A stretch of DNA of 64,000 nt from Raillietiella orientalis. Lineage: Eukaryota. Below are positions 15,801-28,394 of the stretch, one piece after another. Position 1 is the stretch's first letter. Every line of letters begins with the position of its first letter. The stretch is taken from contig JAYWIR010000078.1 of the NCBI GenBank assembly GCA_036172245.1, positions 124,001 to 188,000 of the forward strand, read 5' to 3'. Below the pieces are notes generated by a model, which had not been told where the DNA came from, searched no databases, and saw nothing but the letters and a program-made list of their open reading frames with translations. The translations under genes and the position numbers were made by a program.

Positions 15801-18800
15801 GACACGCATTCTTGCCACACCTTTATCAGTACCTTCCTTTACATGAATTCGGAGCTTTTCTCCCATACTTTGGAGAACGGCCACAATATAGTTGAGAATC
15901 CTTATAGGTCATTTGCATAAATTTCGTCTTCTTGACATTTATGAATTTGTGCCACATCAATCAGGCTGCAGCAGCACCGTTTATGTATTTTTTCGTGAAA
16001 TCAGCACCGAAAATAGGAAAGCAATGAAGAGCACCAGACAGAAAAACTCAAAATTTACGAAACATCGAATACAGAAATTTTCGCTTTTCCCCTTTGGGTG
16101 TGGCAGAAATCAGAAATCATCTCAGAAATCAGAAATCATCCAGTAGAACGCAGAAATCATCCAGTAGAACGCAAATCATTAGCATGACCAAATACATTTA
16201 TCTACATCCAAGGTATTTGCTAGTTAGTTGAGTTCAAACTCCCAAATTGCCTGATGGTAGCTTCATCTTTGGGAGGTAGCTTCTATGCTTTGTTGCCACG
16301 AATCAAGGTATTTACTTCCAGTCTATTTGATGCTGTTCCTCTATCTTCCAGGACCACTGTTACAGTACCATCTCGATTCAACAACAGAAGGAGTTCCTCG
16401 CTCGCCCTTTCCGTAAGGTACACTTATTGACTGTGGACATGTGTGAGCTCTTCACAACATGTGTTGAGTCATTGCATGCCATAGAGCGCGCTCACTCGAA
16501 TACTCTCTGCTCGAGAGGAAAATCTGTGAACTGGGCGCCGAACTGCAGTTTGAGCTGTTCCCAAACGAATCATCAAAGAAATAACACAAATGCAATACTT
16601 CGTTATGTGCGACAAAATTCCCGGGACATCAGCCGGGACTTACAATTTGCAATCCATTTGCCTCGCATAAAATAATTCGATGCACCACAAGGTGGGTTTC
16701 ATTGCCTTTTCCATAGACTTCACGAACTGAAACCGTTCTCAGGCATTGCGGCAGGTACAGCTGCAATGGTTGCAGATTTGCTAATGCAAGCAATTGATTC
16801 TCAAAGTGGTAAATAAAATAGATTTGAAAATCGTAAAATAAAACGGCCAGCAGCTTCGTGACGCGTTCCCTTGATACGCATCTCAGTGCTCTTATCTCTG
16901 CAGAAAATCAAAACAAATGAAGACCAGTACGATGCTGCTGATTGCAAATTTTGAACTGGCCAATTTTTTCACTTTCATCCAGGGAGTGCACGGAGCTTTC
17001 TATTAGAAGAAAGCTGCTTTTCAGAAGCTTCACTATTCGATTAGCTACTGTCGATTAAAAAAGTGAATACATTTCGAGTAAAGCACAGATATCAACCGGA
17101 AATTCGTTAAACAGCCTCTATTACTGTTGGAACCCTTTCTTGGCAGAATGTCTGACATTGAAGGTTACATCTCACACAGTCTTAACCAAATGTCGCATGT
17201 GACAAAAGCTGCAAGGGTCATTTAAATTCACCCTTTGTTTTTTTTTTTTTGATAAACACAGCTTTGGGAATGAAAATTCAATTTGAGATTTCTTTGAAAA
17301 GAAGGAATTTTTGCTTCAGTGGATGCAAATCATCTTTACGATGTTTACCGAAAACTGAAATGTTTACCGAAAGGCTTCTGGGATTTTTTTGGCTTCTTCT
17401 CTACCGAAAGGCTTTCGTTCTTCGACTCGTGGCCGAACCAACCCACATGAGCCAAAATACGATTAGTTAGGTACAGAAATGCGATCAAATTTTTGTGAAA
17501 AGCGTGTACAATGGAAAGATCAAAATTTCAATTGCCTAATCAATTTTGCTGCCTTCTTAACACGGAACAAAGCATGATAATAAAGAATCGCCACTACAAA
17601 TATTTTGCAGAAATAGATTTTTTTCAAAAGCCACTGCACAATTAGTTATGAAAGCAATAATGATCTCTATCCTCATCGGAAAAAGTAAAGTTTATCCTTA
17701 GTCCAATATCAATCGATAAGATTTTGTTGCTAACGATAAATGGTCCCCATTTTCCCAGCTTCAAGTCTTTCACTTAAATTTCCATCACGTTTTGCAAATG
17801 TCCACTGGCTTCCTAAACATTTTCAAAGCTCCGCCCTATCTTGTATGTTTCCAACTTCATCGGCATGTTAAGTTATTTACTAAAAAACACTAAAGTGTAC
17901 TAATGAAGCATAGCTGCATGTACATTGGGATTCCGTTCCCAACCAACTGATCAATTGATTCTCATGCAGTGAAAGTTCTTAAATGCAAAAGTTTGCAATG
18001 AGCTTCTCCAGTCTAAAACTTTCAAGTGGTAGCACTCATGAAAGTTCATAATTTCCTTTCGGAATAACTAATTGTAAGCAATTTCACCTCATAAACATCG
18101 ATCTACAAAAAACACAATCAAGGTAGATTACTGAAACAGCTCTCGACGGGTAATAGCGCTTTTACTTTGGATTAATTGGCCCATCCACTTGTTATTTCTA
18201 TGAAAAGAATCCTAGAGAATGGGACAATTTACCACTTTCTGCATCATAATGACATTTAATGTATCCTGTGAATTCATGTATAACAAACAGGTCTATTTTT
18301 TTTCTTCCCCATGATCACACTAAACAGGCAAATACATCTCCTGTTAAGAAAACAGATCTTAAAGGGATTGATGTTACCGAAGACAATCATCATAAGTACT
18401 AAGTAGAAACTTATTGCTAATTAAGAAGGAACTCCCAACAGTCTCAAATGTTTTTCGCGAAGTTAGAGAAACTTCCGACGCCATTGGAGTCAAAGGCAAG
18501 ATCCGTGATTATTGAACAGCTTCCTCAACCAGCCTCAACAGATCTCTGTTTTTTATCCTTATGTTTATCTTTATCCTCCATAACACTCTGATAAGGAAAG
18601 CATTCTCATCATAAATTCCAGGCTGATGATAGATTCCTGCAACGGATGTATTTTTGCTCTGTAAACAGAATCGTAGAGAGCACTCTAACTGGGAACAGAT
18701 CAGCCATAGTTAGCTACAGATTCACGCAGCGTTACCTTTTCCACTTTAAAGCTTTGCTAAGCATGCCTAACAAAATATTGTAGTATCAATAAAATTAATT

Positions 18801-21800
18801 TAGTGTTCGTTTGACGCATTGCTAGTGGACCGAGCAAACCACGCTAGACGGAATGAGAGACTACCATCCAAAAGTTTGAATCATTTCTTCAATATTCCAA
18901 GGTATTGGCGGACGAATTACTCAAACACTAAGTGTTATTCCAATTTTCTATCCTTCCACTGATTTCACGGCCATGCATTCGAACTACTTAAATGCCCATT
19001 TTAAAACACTTTCGAGCTAAAAGACTACTTTCTATTTTGTGTTCTTGCTTGTCGAATAGCCTAGTAATAGAACGAAGGCAACTTAGGGGGAGAGAACAAA
19101 AAAAAAAAAAAGTATGCAAACATTTAGAGAGCGCTTGCAAGCAATCATGCATGACGGAATGCATCAGTGTTTCTAATACATCATTAAAAGTATGCTTTAG
19201 CTATATAAGCAATACGGGGTCTCAAAGTATGATAGACAATGAAAGCGTCAGGATAATTTTTCATAATCCATTGTGAAATCTGGGAACACTGCTTTATCAC
19301 CGTAGAAATAATATAAATAATTTTCGCATTACATAACGTCCATTGGTCATTAAAATACTTACGTACTGTTGAAACTGTAGTTTATCTTTGGGAATGCTGA
19401 AAGCTCTTGGAATAAAACTAAAATTGGATTCAGTAATAAGATTGAGTTTGTTTGTTATGTACCCTGAACCAGGGAAATGATTCACCTACAAATAGAATAT
19501 CAATGAGACTATTGTAAAAAAAGATGCTACTCATCATCAGAAATACATAAAACCATGTATACTCACTTTTTGCTGTGGAGAAAGATTTTTCAAATGCTTC
19601 ATCAAACTAAAGAAGGGGTACTCATGTGACCAAAGAACATTCCAGTTGGAATTCTCATCACCCACAATAAAACCCAAGCGCTCGAATACACCAATAACGT
19701 GATCTAGGTAGCCGCTGTTTATCTAGGATTAAAAGGTATGCATAAGCACTATTTTGCTGCTACTTTGAAATACTATTATGCAACTGTCACAGTCATTGGC
19801 AACTCAAAAATTCCAAAAAGGAAACGGAAAGAAAAAATGCTAAACTTTCGAAGCAAAGGAAAACAAAAGACTTTTTTTAAAACAAACAAAAAAAACGCTA
19901 TTGCTAGCACCACCACCAACAACAACAACAGAAAAGATCGAAACACAGCTGCTGAAAGTGTTTCACCGAATTACAAATATGTTCTTAGAACATTTTCCTA
20001 ACTTGACCACCGAATAAAACAAGAGAAATGATATGATTATTTTTCCTTTCGATTTTAAGCAATATATCCTTTCTTTGATCTTATGATTCCTGTGTTCCTG
20101 GATGTAATCTCAAGTGCATTGTTTTCTTCTTTGGATGTCTTGCAGCACACATGTATAGGCAAAAATCCACTATTTACGATAATGACGGCGGAATGATTTC
20201 ACTGAAGGCCTAAACTTTCGGTAAGGCATACCAAAACTCTTAAGTGTGAAAGTGTCCGTTGAAGAAATCAAATCCTCATACTGGTATTTACGAAATACGA
20301 GAGTGACTTCTTTCAAAGCCAATGTCGCATAAATTTCTGGTATTCCATACCCTCTAATCTCAGGTGAGGGTTTATCTGAAGTTTTGAATCCATACAAATG
20401 GGTTTGATAATCTAGGAATCTCGAATTTGATGACCGTAACCGGAATCTACTGTAGAGAAATGCTGCAAATGGATTTCGTTTTCTAGAAACTCAAGCTCTT
20501 CCTTAAGAAACAAAGGTCTTGCTGCCCACGATCAATCGGTTCATGAAAACAAGGCATCTGTGGCAAAACTTACTTAAAGCTTCGAATTATGTAAGGACAT
20601 TTCGAGAAATTTCAGAAATAGCACGGTGCTACTGGATGGAACGTGTTACTTTTGAATGGTGGCAACACAGTACGTTATGTCAATCACAGATTGCGATATT
20701 TGTGTGGAGCAATTTGCCCAAAATTACGAAAGTTTTGAAAAAGGTAAAGGAACTGGGGAAACTGCCTTTGGATAAGCGAACATTGGATAAGCAGTTGGAT
20801 CCGTGAAAACAATTCAGCATGCGAGCGTAATCATCAGTGGTTTTTGTGCTTTGATACGTTGCATGCACTTTTAGAAAACACGGACATTTCCATGACATTA
20901 CTAAAACGAACTGAACACATTTATGCAGGAGCCTAGGCATGTGTGTAAGATGTGCACGCATACACGAAGTATACTCAACAGGAGTCAACGTGCCACTTAT
21001 TATAGCCAGCATTTCCCTTTACGCTGCAACGTTGGATTTTCGTTCACTTCCTTTCTCCCCGAAGCAGAAATGTCCGTCTAGCTCCACATGCGTGCACATT
21101 TCGATCATTTCCCATTTACGGCAAAGATTGGTGCTACACCGAATCGTATGCTGCACCACCGATCCCGAGTCAGCTGCGCTTGCTTACTAGACGAGGGAGA
21201 TACAAACGGCCTCGGGAGACAACCGTTGGGATAATGCACGCTAGCCTGGGACAGGAAGGGCACACGCGCCGAGATACATTTACGTAACCAACGCAACGCC
21301 ATCGCTCGAGTTGCGTGGGCGCGCTCGAGGAGCTCGAGGGCACGCAAGCGGTGGCGTCCTTGAACCAGAGATGACCGACTAAAGAGGACTCGCCCCGATT
21401 AGTGGGGACTCGGGTCGTTGGGTCGACGCATCGCTCCGGTGTGACCAGAGCCCTCCACTTGCTCCCTTTAGCAAGACTTGGCTCGCTGATGTGCGCATTC
21501 CTACCGCTTGTCTGACCGAAGACGGTAGCGTCGCTTCGGAAACTTTCGCGCCCTCCGAGCCAAATTTACGGGAAAGGAAAACGGCATCAGGACCCTGGCA
21601 ACCAAACGAATTGCCGACCCCCCCCCCCCTCTCCCTTCCTGTGAATAGCGACAGGCCGTGTTCCGACAAATGTTCCCGACGTTCCCTTCAAAGGCAGCCG
21701 AACGCCCTGTCGCCTCTTGACATGCACATGGCTTGCGGGCAGAAGACACGCAGGTTTGCAAAAAGTATGCCAAAGGACGTGCTTTCTCGCGGACCAAGAG

Positions 21801-22112
21801 GACGGCTGAGGGAGTGCTCGCCCTCTGCCCCGCAATGGACCTGCAGCACGTCAAAAGCATCCAAAATTGACTCACTTTCTTGCCATGAATCCAGACCACC
21901 GGCGGACGCTTAGACAGCACCCTGCTTCTTATATCCATTAAATTCTGATCCATGCGGCTTAATTTGAGAACGCTGAACGCCAATGCCAAGATGCCGACCG
22001 TGAATATGAAGCCGGTGATCGCCCGGTGTCGGAACTGGCGAGGCATCGAGCGAAAAAAATGGCGCATCGCAACAGCACGTGAGAAGAGGCCGAGACGTGA
22101 AGTCGAAATCAT
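12883..22112 (-). CDS. Tubulin-tyrosine-ligase family (TTLL15-like) ATP-grasp protein with N-terminal transmembrane segment; 9 coding exons
   Basis: Exons 22112-21876, 19722-19567, 19485-19363, 14858-14629 and 13855-13692, then three exons within 13654-13042, then 12993-12883. Motifs: WNVLWSHEYPF, KVNHFPGSGYITNK, FIQEFVHNPFLIEGYKFDIGIYVIITSVNPLRVY, RFCPEKY, FFEMVRFDFLL, LLEVNMSPNLSSEHF, C-terminal WYLGKC. All junctions are GT-AG and in phase. The start codon is uncertain (22112, 22067, 22046 or an upstream exon). Confidence 0.88.
15333..15405. repeat. Tandem duplication, 39-bp period, about 2 copies (intronic)
   Basis: tataatacattcatttgaacata(t/c)aaggcatttt starts at 15333 and at 15372. Confidence 0.85.
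16104..16178. repeat. Short tandem repeat (cagaaat units and a 21-bp cagaaatcatccagtagaacg x2)
   Basis: Direct reading: the 21-mer is at 16130-16150 and 16151-16171. Confidence 0.85.
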
Positions 22113-23740
22113 CTTTGAGTTTCGGTTGCGACTACTCCCATGGTTGCCAGCCAGCCGCCCGTTCACCTGCGCTCTGGGTTCGTCACGTGACGAGTCGGAA
22201 ATTCCGCGTTCGCCGACGACGCGAGTCTGCGTGGGGATGCAGCAAGCGCCGGCGGTGCCGGGCAGATCGCTGCCTCAAAGGAAATGGCCTGCAATACTCC
22301 CTCCTCTCTCCCCTTTTCGCCGCCTCCTCCGCGCATCCTACCGGCCGGCCGGGAACTGGCCTGAGGGACCGCAGGACTGCCAAGCACTTCGCTTGGGGCG
22401 CCATGGTCTGCAGGGCGGATGGCCATGGAAGAGCACCACCTCCAGGCGATGGGGCGGGTGGGCAAGCCTGGTCCCGGCCCGGGGGTGCTGGGACGGAAAC
22501 CCCGCAGTGGGGCATCGCAGCTCGTCCCCTCCGCAAAGGCCCGTGGAAGATGCATGGGTGTGCAGGACGACGACGAATGGGGCGTGGTACTCCCTCCTCT
22601 CTCTTCCTCTCTCCCTTCCCCTTCCCCACACCCTCCCCACTTCCTTCCCCTTCCTTTGCTCCCACTTCCTCCTCACGAAGCGATAGGTATGTGGACGAGG
22701 CGTAGGGCGTGGGGTCGGTGTGCCCCGCTGCCCCCAAGGACCCCTGCTCAAGTGACGGCCTCCGAGGGGGGACTCGGGGGTTCGTTTGGATCCCCTCGCG
22801 TGTCCGGTGCTCCCGGCGATGGCTTGCGACGGCGGACGTTCCGAGAGGGCTGCTTGTGAAGGAGGGGTCGTCCGGGGGAAGCTGTGCGACATGTCCGGCG
22901 CGTGGAGAGGAGGAAGAGCTTTGGCGCCTGTGCAGAGGCGGAAGCGCACGACATCCGGATCGCCGGCAAGGGAGATGGACGATCGTGACGCCACTCCCAC
23001 GTCGGGAAGAAGGCAGGTGCTGGGCCTTGACCCTCTCGCAAACCCGCCAGGCTGGAAAGCGGGAGAGACGCTGCACTTCCGGCCCGCTTTCCAGCCAGGG
23101 AGACACGGATGTGACCCCTTGGCTACGGGTCTATCCTTCCGCTGAGGACGGAGTCTATCCTCACCTGGACCATCCATCGCCACCTAAACGTGAGGGCGCG
23201 TGTCTCAGCCACGGGATAGAGGAGGAGGAGTCGGCAGCCCAGCCCAGCGAGGCGTCTCGTGGGGATATGGGATCCCTCTCTGTCCTTGTTCCTCTTGCTG
23301 AGTAAACGAGACTGAATGTACGTATCCCAGTGCCCCCCGATCTCACTTGGCCCTTTCTCTCCCCCGTCAGCGTTGGCTGCTGCTGGCATTTCCGCTCCCC
23401 TTTCCTTCCTGTCTCTTCCTACCCCTCCTCCTCCTCCCTTTTCCGGAGCAGCGTCCGCGAAGCCCCGGGCCGTCCGGGGGAAGCGCGTCGGTCCCAACCT
23501 ACAGGGATGCCTCCGCTCCCAGGAAGTACGCCAACGTATCCCCACGTGAGGTGGGGTGATGGACCCGGAGGCAGCACTATGGTGACGTCACCGTCGTTTC
23601 TCCCCCCCCCCCTTCTTCCCCCGACCCCACGCTTCCTGGTCATCCCGCCTTCGCCTTCTTCCCGTCCTTATCTCCTCCCTCCCCACCCCCTCCATCCTCC
23701 CAGGATCACATGCATCTTTGTTCCTTTCTTTCTCTCTCTC

Positions 23741-23746
23741 TTTATT
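23741..23746 (-). terminator. Polyadenylation signal AATAAA of the cuticle-protein gene
   Basis: tttatt on + strand, about 120 nt downstream of the TGA at 23865. Confidence 0.55.
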
Positions 23747-23864
23747 TTTCGTAGGCGGCGAGAGTGACTTCGCTCCCGTTGACCGCACTCGACACTGCAC
23801 GCAGCGGGAGGAGGCGCCCTCTTTTCGCTGTGGGATTGGGCGGTGCATGGGCGTGCTCCCTGCC

Positions 23865-24871
23865 TCAGTGGTATCCGTGGGGCTGCAACAGGACACAGGG
23901 GTGGGGTCGATCAGGGACCGCGGTCCCTTCCCCATCCTCCTCCCTTCCGCCCGCGTACCTGACCGTTGACGTTGGCCCGGAACCCGCCGCCGTCGGCCGA
24001 GTACTTGACCACCCTCAGCGACCCGTCGGACTCCACCACGGTATATTCGCCGTCCACGTGGCCCGGGCCATGGCTCGTCTCGCGGCGCGTCTGCCTCTCT
24101 CCGCTGTAAGGGTCGGCGACGTCATAGCCGAAGTTGTAGCTGCCGTATCTCTGCATTTGGGAGAGGAAGGAAGTGGTGACGGAGGAAAATTCCTTGGCGC
24201 CCCGCCTCCTCCGCTGTGCTCACATTGTGGTCCTGGCTATGGTAGATGTGGCGCCGCGATCCGTGATGCGGCGGCCCGTGATGCGGAGGGCCATGATGCG
24301 GAGGACCGTAACCGTGGAAGCCGCCGTGAGCCGGAGGAAAGGCGAACTGGGAAAGGGCGGGGCCCACCATCATGGCGAGGGCAAGGACAGAGGCGATCCC
24401 TCGAAGTCCGCCGAAGGAGAATAACTGCGAGTCCGTGACCTAGAAGGGAGGGACCGAGGGAAAGGGGGAGAGGGAAGCCGAAAACGCTGCTGCGCCCCGC
24501 AGGTGCCCCCCCCCTTCTCCCTCCTCTCTTCGGTTCGGTCTCGGCCGGCCGTGGTGCTCTCCTGCACCATCTCGTCCTCAGAGGAAGAAGGAATTCTTGT
24601 GAGCGCAGGAACAGACCATCGTCGCCTTCCTCCCAGGTGCAGGCGTGAAGAGGAGCCGTCCTCGCAGACAAGAAGAGCAGTCTTTCCAACTTCCAGAGCA
24701 GCCCCCTTGTCGAAGCAAAGACACGACGGGCGACGGCAGAGCAGCCCCATCGGAAAGGAGGGACCGCGTTCCCCCCGAGACCCCCTTCCCCCGCCGCCCT
24801 TCCCTGCTCCTCCTCACAGAGCCTGAGGGGGCGTCCACCCACCCACCCGCGCGCCGCTTACTTACGGGCAT
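23865..24871 (-). CDS. Cuticular protein with Rebers-Riddiford (Chitin_bind_4) domain, signal peptide and His/Gly/Pro-rich repeats; 4 exons (24871-24866, 24439-24224, 24150-23959, 23882-23865)
   Basis: ATG CCC|gtaagt micro first exon. Hydrophobic GIASVLALAMMVGPALS signal. HHGPP-type repeats. R&R consensus YNFGYDVADPYSGERQTRRETSHGPGHVDGEYTVVESDGSLRVVKYSADGGGFRANV. Terminal exon PHGYH*. All junctions are phase 0 GT-AG. Confidence 0.88.
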
Positions 24872-24924
24872 GGCTGCGGACGGGGAGGAGGAAGCGCGCT
24901 GAGCCGCTCTCGGTCGACTCACGG

Positions 24925-24961
24925 AAACGAAGCCCTCGGACGGCTACCGCGCTCCTTTTAA
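24925..24961 (-). promoter_or_regulatory. Putative core promoter of cuticle-protein gene (TATA-like TTAAAAG about 30 nt upstream of a likely start site)
   Basis: TTAAAAG (24961-24955) is an isolated AT run in GC-rich DNA, about 85-90 nt upstream of the ATG at 24871. Confidence 0.45.
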
Positions 24962-26379
24962 GCGCCGTCGTGGAAGGTCGCCTCGCGGGCCTGCGGTCTC
25001 TCCTTCCCGGGGACGTGGCGCAAGAAGGAGCACGTGAAGCGTGAAACGTTCCCGGAGGCGGAGATCCGCTCGCCTCGTCCCTCGACCGCCTTCCCGGAAG
25101 CTGCCGCTCTGTGCGCCACGGGAACGACGGGGGAAGGAAAGAGGCGGCAAAAAGGGATGGTCACCCCCTTCGCGGGATGACCCAACCCTCTGCCCATCCC
25201 CTCCCCCTCTCACACCGCCACCACCAGCAGCTGCTGCCTTCTCCCTGCAGGACATCACACGGAAAGTTCTCATGGGAAGCGGGTCAAGCTCGTAGCCTCC
25301 TCTAGCTGAGATGACGAGTGGAGCGTCCGTCCCGGCAGCGCCCCATAACGTCTTATTGGTGGCTCGCGCCGAAGTCACGTGTCTTGGCGCTACCGCATGG
25401 AGACCTCACTGGCGCTCACTTTGACTTGAGCTTCAAAAGGGATCTCAATGACCGCTAACGGTGGGGAATTCGGTCCTCGGTTTGCTGCCGAAGGACCGTA
25501 CTGCAGGAGACCTTCCACTTGACCTGCGCGCTATGATTTGGGTCCTTCACGTTTTCGAGTGTATTGCATAGCCCGCCTATCATTTGCTCGACGAAGTGAC
25601 TGATGCACGCTGCTGCTCTAACAGCTTTGGTCACGTGACCATTTGCGCGTCCAGACGGCTTTTTGTCCCTCCCTTTTCCTTTTCTTTTGTGTGCGCGCGT
25701 CTAAGTCAGCGCTTCGATCGCGGAAGGACGTTGCTGGTGCCGCAACGCATCTCATGTGCGCTCCGGAAAAATCGAATGGTGCACGGAACACCGTTGCAAG
25801 CCAAGGCAACGAAAAACTGCCTTCTTCTTCAGCAGCTGCAGTGCAAAGTGCACTGTTTCCTTTTCCCTTGGTGGGGAATGCCAGACAAACGTGCTGTCTG
25901 ATCTGGCACCACTGAAAAAAAGAACCTGAAAGCCTTCATTTATGCTGACCAAGCAAACTGCGGATCGTTGGCATTTGATCTTTTGCCGCCGAACGAAAAG
26001 CGAATCAAGCAGCTTTGTTGCAAAACAGCCTCAGCATTGTTGGATGAGATGCACTCGTTTCGAAAGTCCAGGCATTTTATGCTTCGCTGCTGCTCCGCTA
26101 CCGCCTGCAAAATTGATGAGGCGTAAATTGCCATGACGATTATGGTAGGCACCCTCAGTTTTCTGCACCTATCACTGAAAATAAAGTTACACGTTTCAAG
26201 GCTTCACTCTTTTTTTCGACTTTTTCTTTCCTCTAACGACTTTCCCAGGTAATCTAGTGAGAGCCGACTTATTCGGAACATCATTCTGTAACCATGAGAC
26301 TACAATGAAAGTGAGAGCAAGAAAGTTCTTATGCTTCCCACAACATGGCAAGGATCTTGACAGCTAATGTCGTTAATGG

Positions 26380-26800
26380 TCCAAGCCATGATCCCGGCGA
26401 GGCCTGGTAGCACGGCTCAAGCGGGGTACACCGAAAACATTGGTAACTGGTGGCCTCCAATCGACGTATTCCGAGAATGGGCATAAGCCTGAAGTCTGAT
26501 CTGGTGCTCCTGGGTGGAAGAAAAAGTACTGGTTTTGGACGTCACCTGTCGCTACGAGCACTCCGCAACGACTGCAGAAGAGGCATAGGAAAAGAAGGGA
26601 AAGTATAGAGAGGATTGGTCGGCTCTCCACTTTTGCAAAGGCGTGCCCGAGACCGTGCGAACAGTCGTCGCAGACCTTTGGGATCTTGGAATCCAGAGGA
26701 CGACCAAGTATTCAGGGAATTAAAAGTGTCAAGAAACATGCAGGGGCGCATCAGAAAGGAAATACTGTGTCTCGAACACTGCATACTTCCAGGATGAGCA
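26380..26800 (+). mobile_element. Degenerate 3' fragment of a restriction-like-endonuclease (RLE) non-LTR retrotransposon, NeSL/Utopia-like
   Basis: Stitching frames gives LVARLKRG...W*LVASNRRIPRMGISLKSDLVL...EEKVLVLDVTCRYEHSATTAEEA*EKKGKY...PLGSWNPEDDQVFRELKVSRN. This matches the RLE layout L(K/R)PDLV...(V/I)DVT..(F/Y)E...K..KY and the NeSL/Utopia GxLGxWxPxN motif. It carries stops and frameshifts. Confidence 0.65.
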
Positions 26801-28394
26801 CTGGAAGCATCGGACGGGTCGGTCGTGGCCGGTATTGAAAGAACCCTCAAAAAGCACAGTTTCGTCATGAAGGAAAGTTGGAAAGAAAAGACAAGCAGAG
26901 AAGATACAGGAAGTCATTTCTGACAGTCATGGATACCTTCGTCGCCTACCTACAAAGAACATGAATCTATGGTTGACAGAAACCACTCCTACTGTAGATG
27001 CTATATACATCACTGTGAGACAGTGGAAACAAAGTACAATGCAGCTTGGGAGAGAGATTTTCTCTGCAGCTGCTATGGTGGGAGATAGGCAATTACTGAA
27101 AAAGGCAGTACGGTAGTACTGTACCATTTTCGATTTAACAAAGTGAAGCCACATGGAAGCTACATGCTTTCACACGGGCAGCAAGCAAAACGACTAACCT
27201 AAAAAAAAAAATATCTAACACAACAGAGATAAATGGGTAAACGACAAGATGCTGCATAGAGGCGCCTCCGTGTACTTTGTACAGCTGGAATCAATAAGTC
27301 CATGGGGTCTGTTTGCTTGCCTATGTAAAAAAAAAAAAACTGCATACACGGCATATTTATCGGAAATCACCGGTTGAGGAATCGGAGTCACTAATAGTTT
27401 GCTCACTAAGAAGCCGTATCACACGGACACGGACGACCTTTCCGCATTTACCAGTGACACTCGATTTCTCGTAACAGAGAAGATCCACGAAAGTTCAATA
27501 ACGAGGCCAGAAATTCATTTTTCAGACATAAGCAAACAAATCTAGCTAGCAAGAAGAGTCCCTGATTTTTTTGGAGAAACTCGTGGTCTCTCCTTCGACC
27601 GTTTTCTGAGAGCAGTCTTCGAACGTTCACTCCATTTCCGAATTTCGTTTTTCTTTTTGCACCCGATATTTGCACGAAAATCAGACGAAAGTCATAGGAG
27701 AGAACAATTAATCTTAATGTAATCACCTATGATAAATTCACTTTGCAGTGACGCGCCTCCTGTGTTCAATAATTTCGTTCTTAAAAACCAGAATTTTGCA
27801 TTTTCATTCAATCAGGTTTGGGGTTTACAGTGAATTACAGTGACCTGACCTGCATATGTTCCCTCCTATCCACATGCATGCACTTAATAAGGGGATTCAT
27901 AATAAGCATGATCCCGTAATTCAAATACCAAAGAATGGTTTTATCACCTTTGCAGGTACTTCCGCATTCTTTGTTTTCAGTCTTCACGGCTTAAGCAAGC
28001 GCCTTCTTGTGAGAAGGACTTCTCGGAATCGACAACCCCTAACCAAGAACGCGCAAGTGAATGGACAGCTGATAAAAATTTCCCTGAAATTCTCACAGGA
28101 CAGAAAACCAGTGAAAAACAAACAAAAGCGAGATGCCTTTGGGTTTATCCCAAAGCGTTTCTCGTTAAGAATCCTTTTGGGAAGACATCACTCCTCGGCC
28201 AGCTGCATGCTCCCGAATATTCCATGCTAAGTTGCTCATACAAGAAATCAATCAGACCCATAACATATTTTGCTTAGGGTTCACTGAGAAATACGATGGA
28301 ATGCGGGGGGTGCGGCTGCATCACAGACCTGAACTCACATATCGCCTCGTCGCAGTTCATACGTTAGAAGTGATGGGGGCAGTAATCTAGAATT

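Larger units (their letters stand above)
21200..25560. other. GC/CpG-rich island containing TTLL exon 1 and the cuticle-protein gene
   Basis: Abrupt compositional shift. By eye it is roughly two-thirds GC with abundant CpG, versus about one-third GC in the flanks. It has many overlapping spurious ORFs. Boundaries are approximate. Confidence 0.8.

Noticed and set aside
15560..16700. Coding-like intronic stretch, possible transposase relic
   Set aside because: Multiple stops and no identifiable DDE, RT or other motif; cannot be supported without a search.
20170..20810. Short ORFs in TTLL intron 1
   Set aside because: No recognisable motifs or consistent splice structure.
22109..22141. uORF with ATGA overlap at the TTLL ATG (22112)
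   Set aside because: The real TTLL start and 5' UTR are uncertain, so significance cannot be judged.
21379..25378. Dozens of overlapping 80-300 aa ORFs on both strands
   Set aside because: Expected in GC-rich DNA with few stops. They are Arg/Pro/Gly-rich shadows of the TTLL exon and the cuticle gene, with no recognisable domains.
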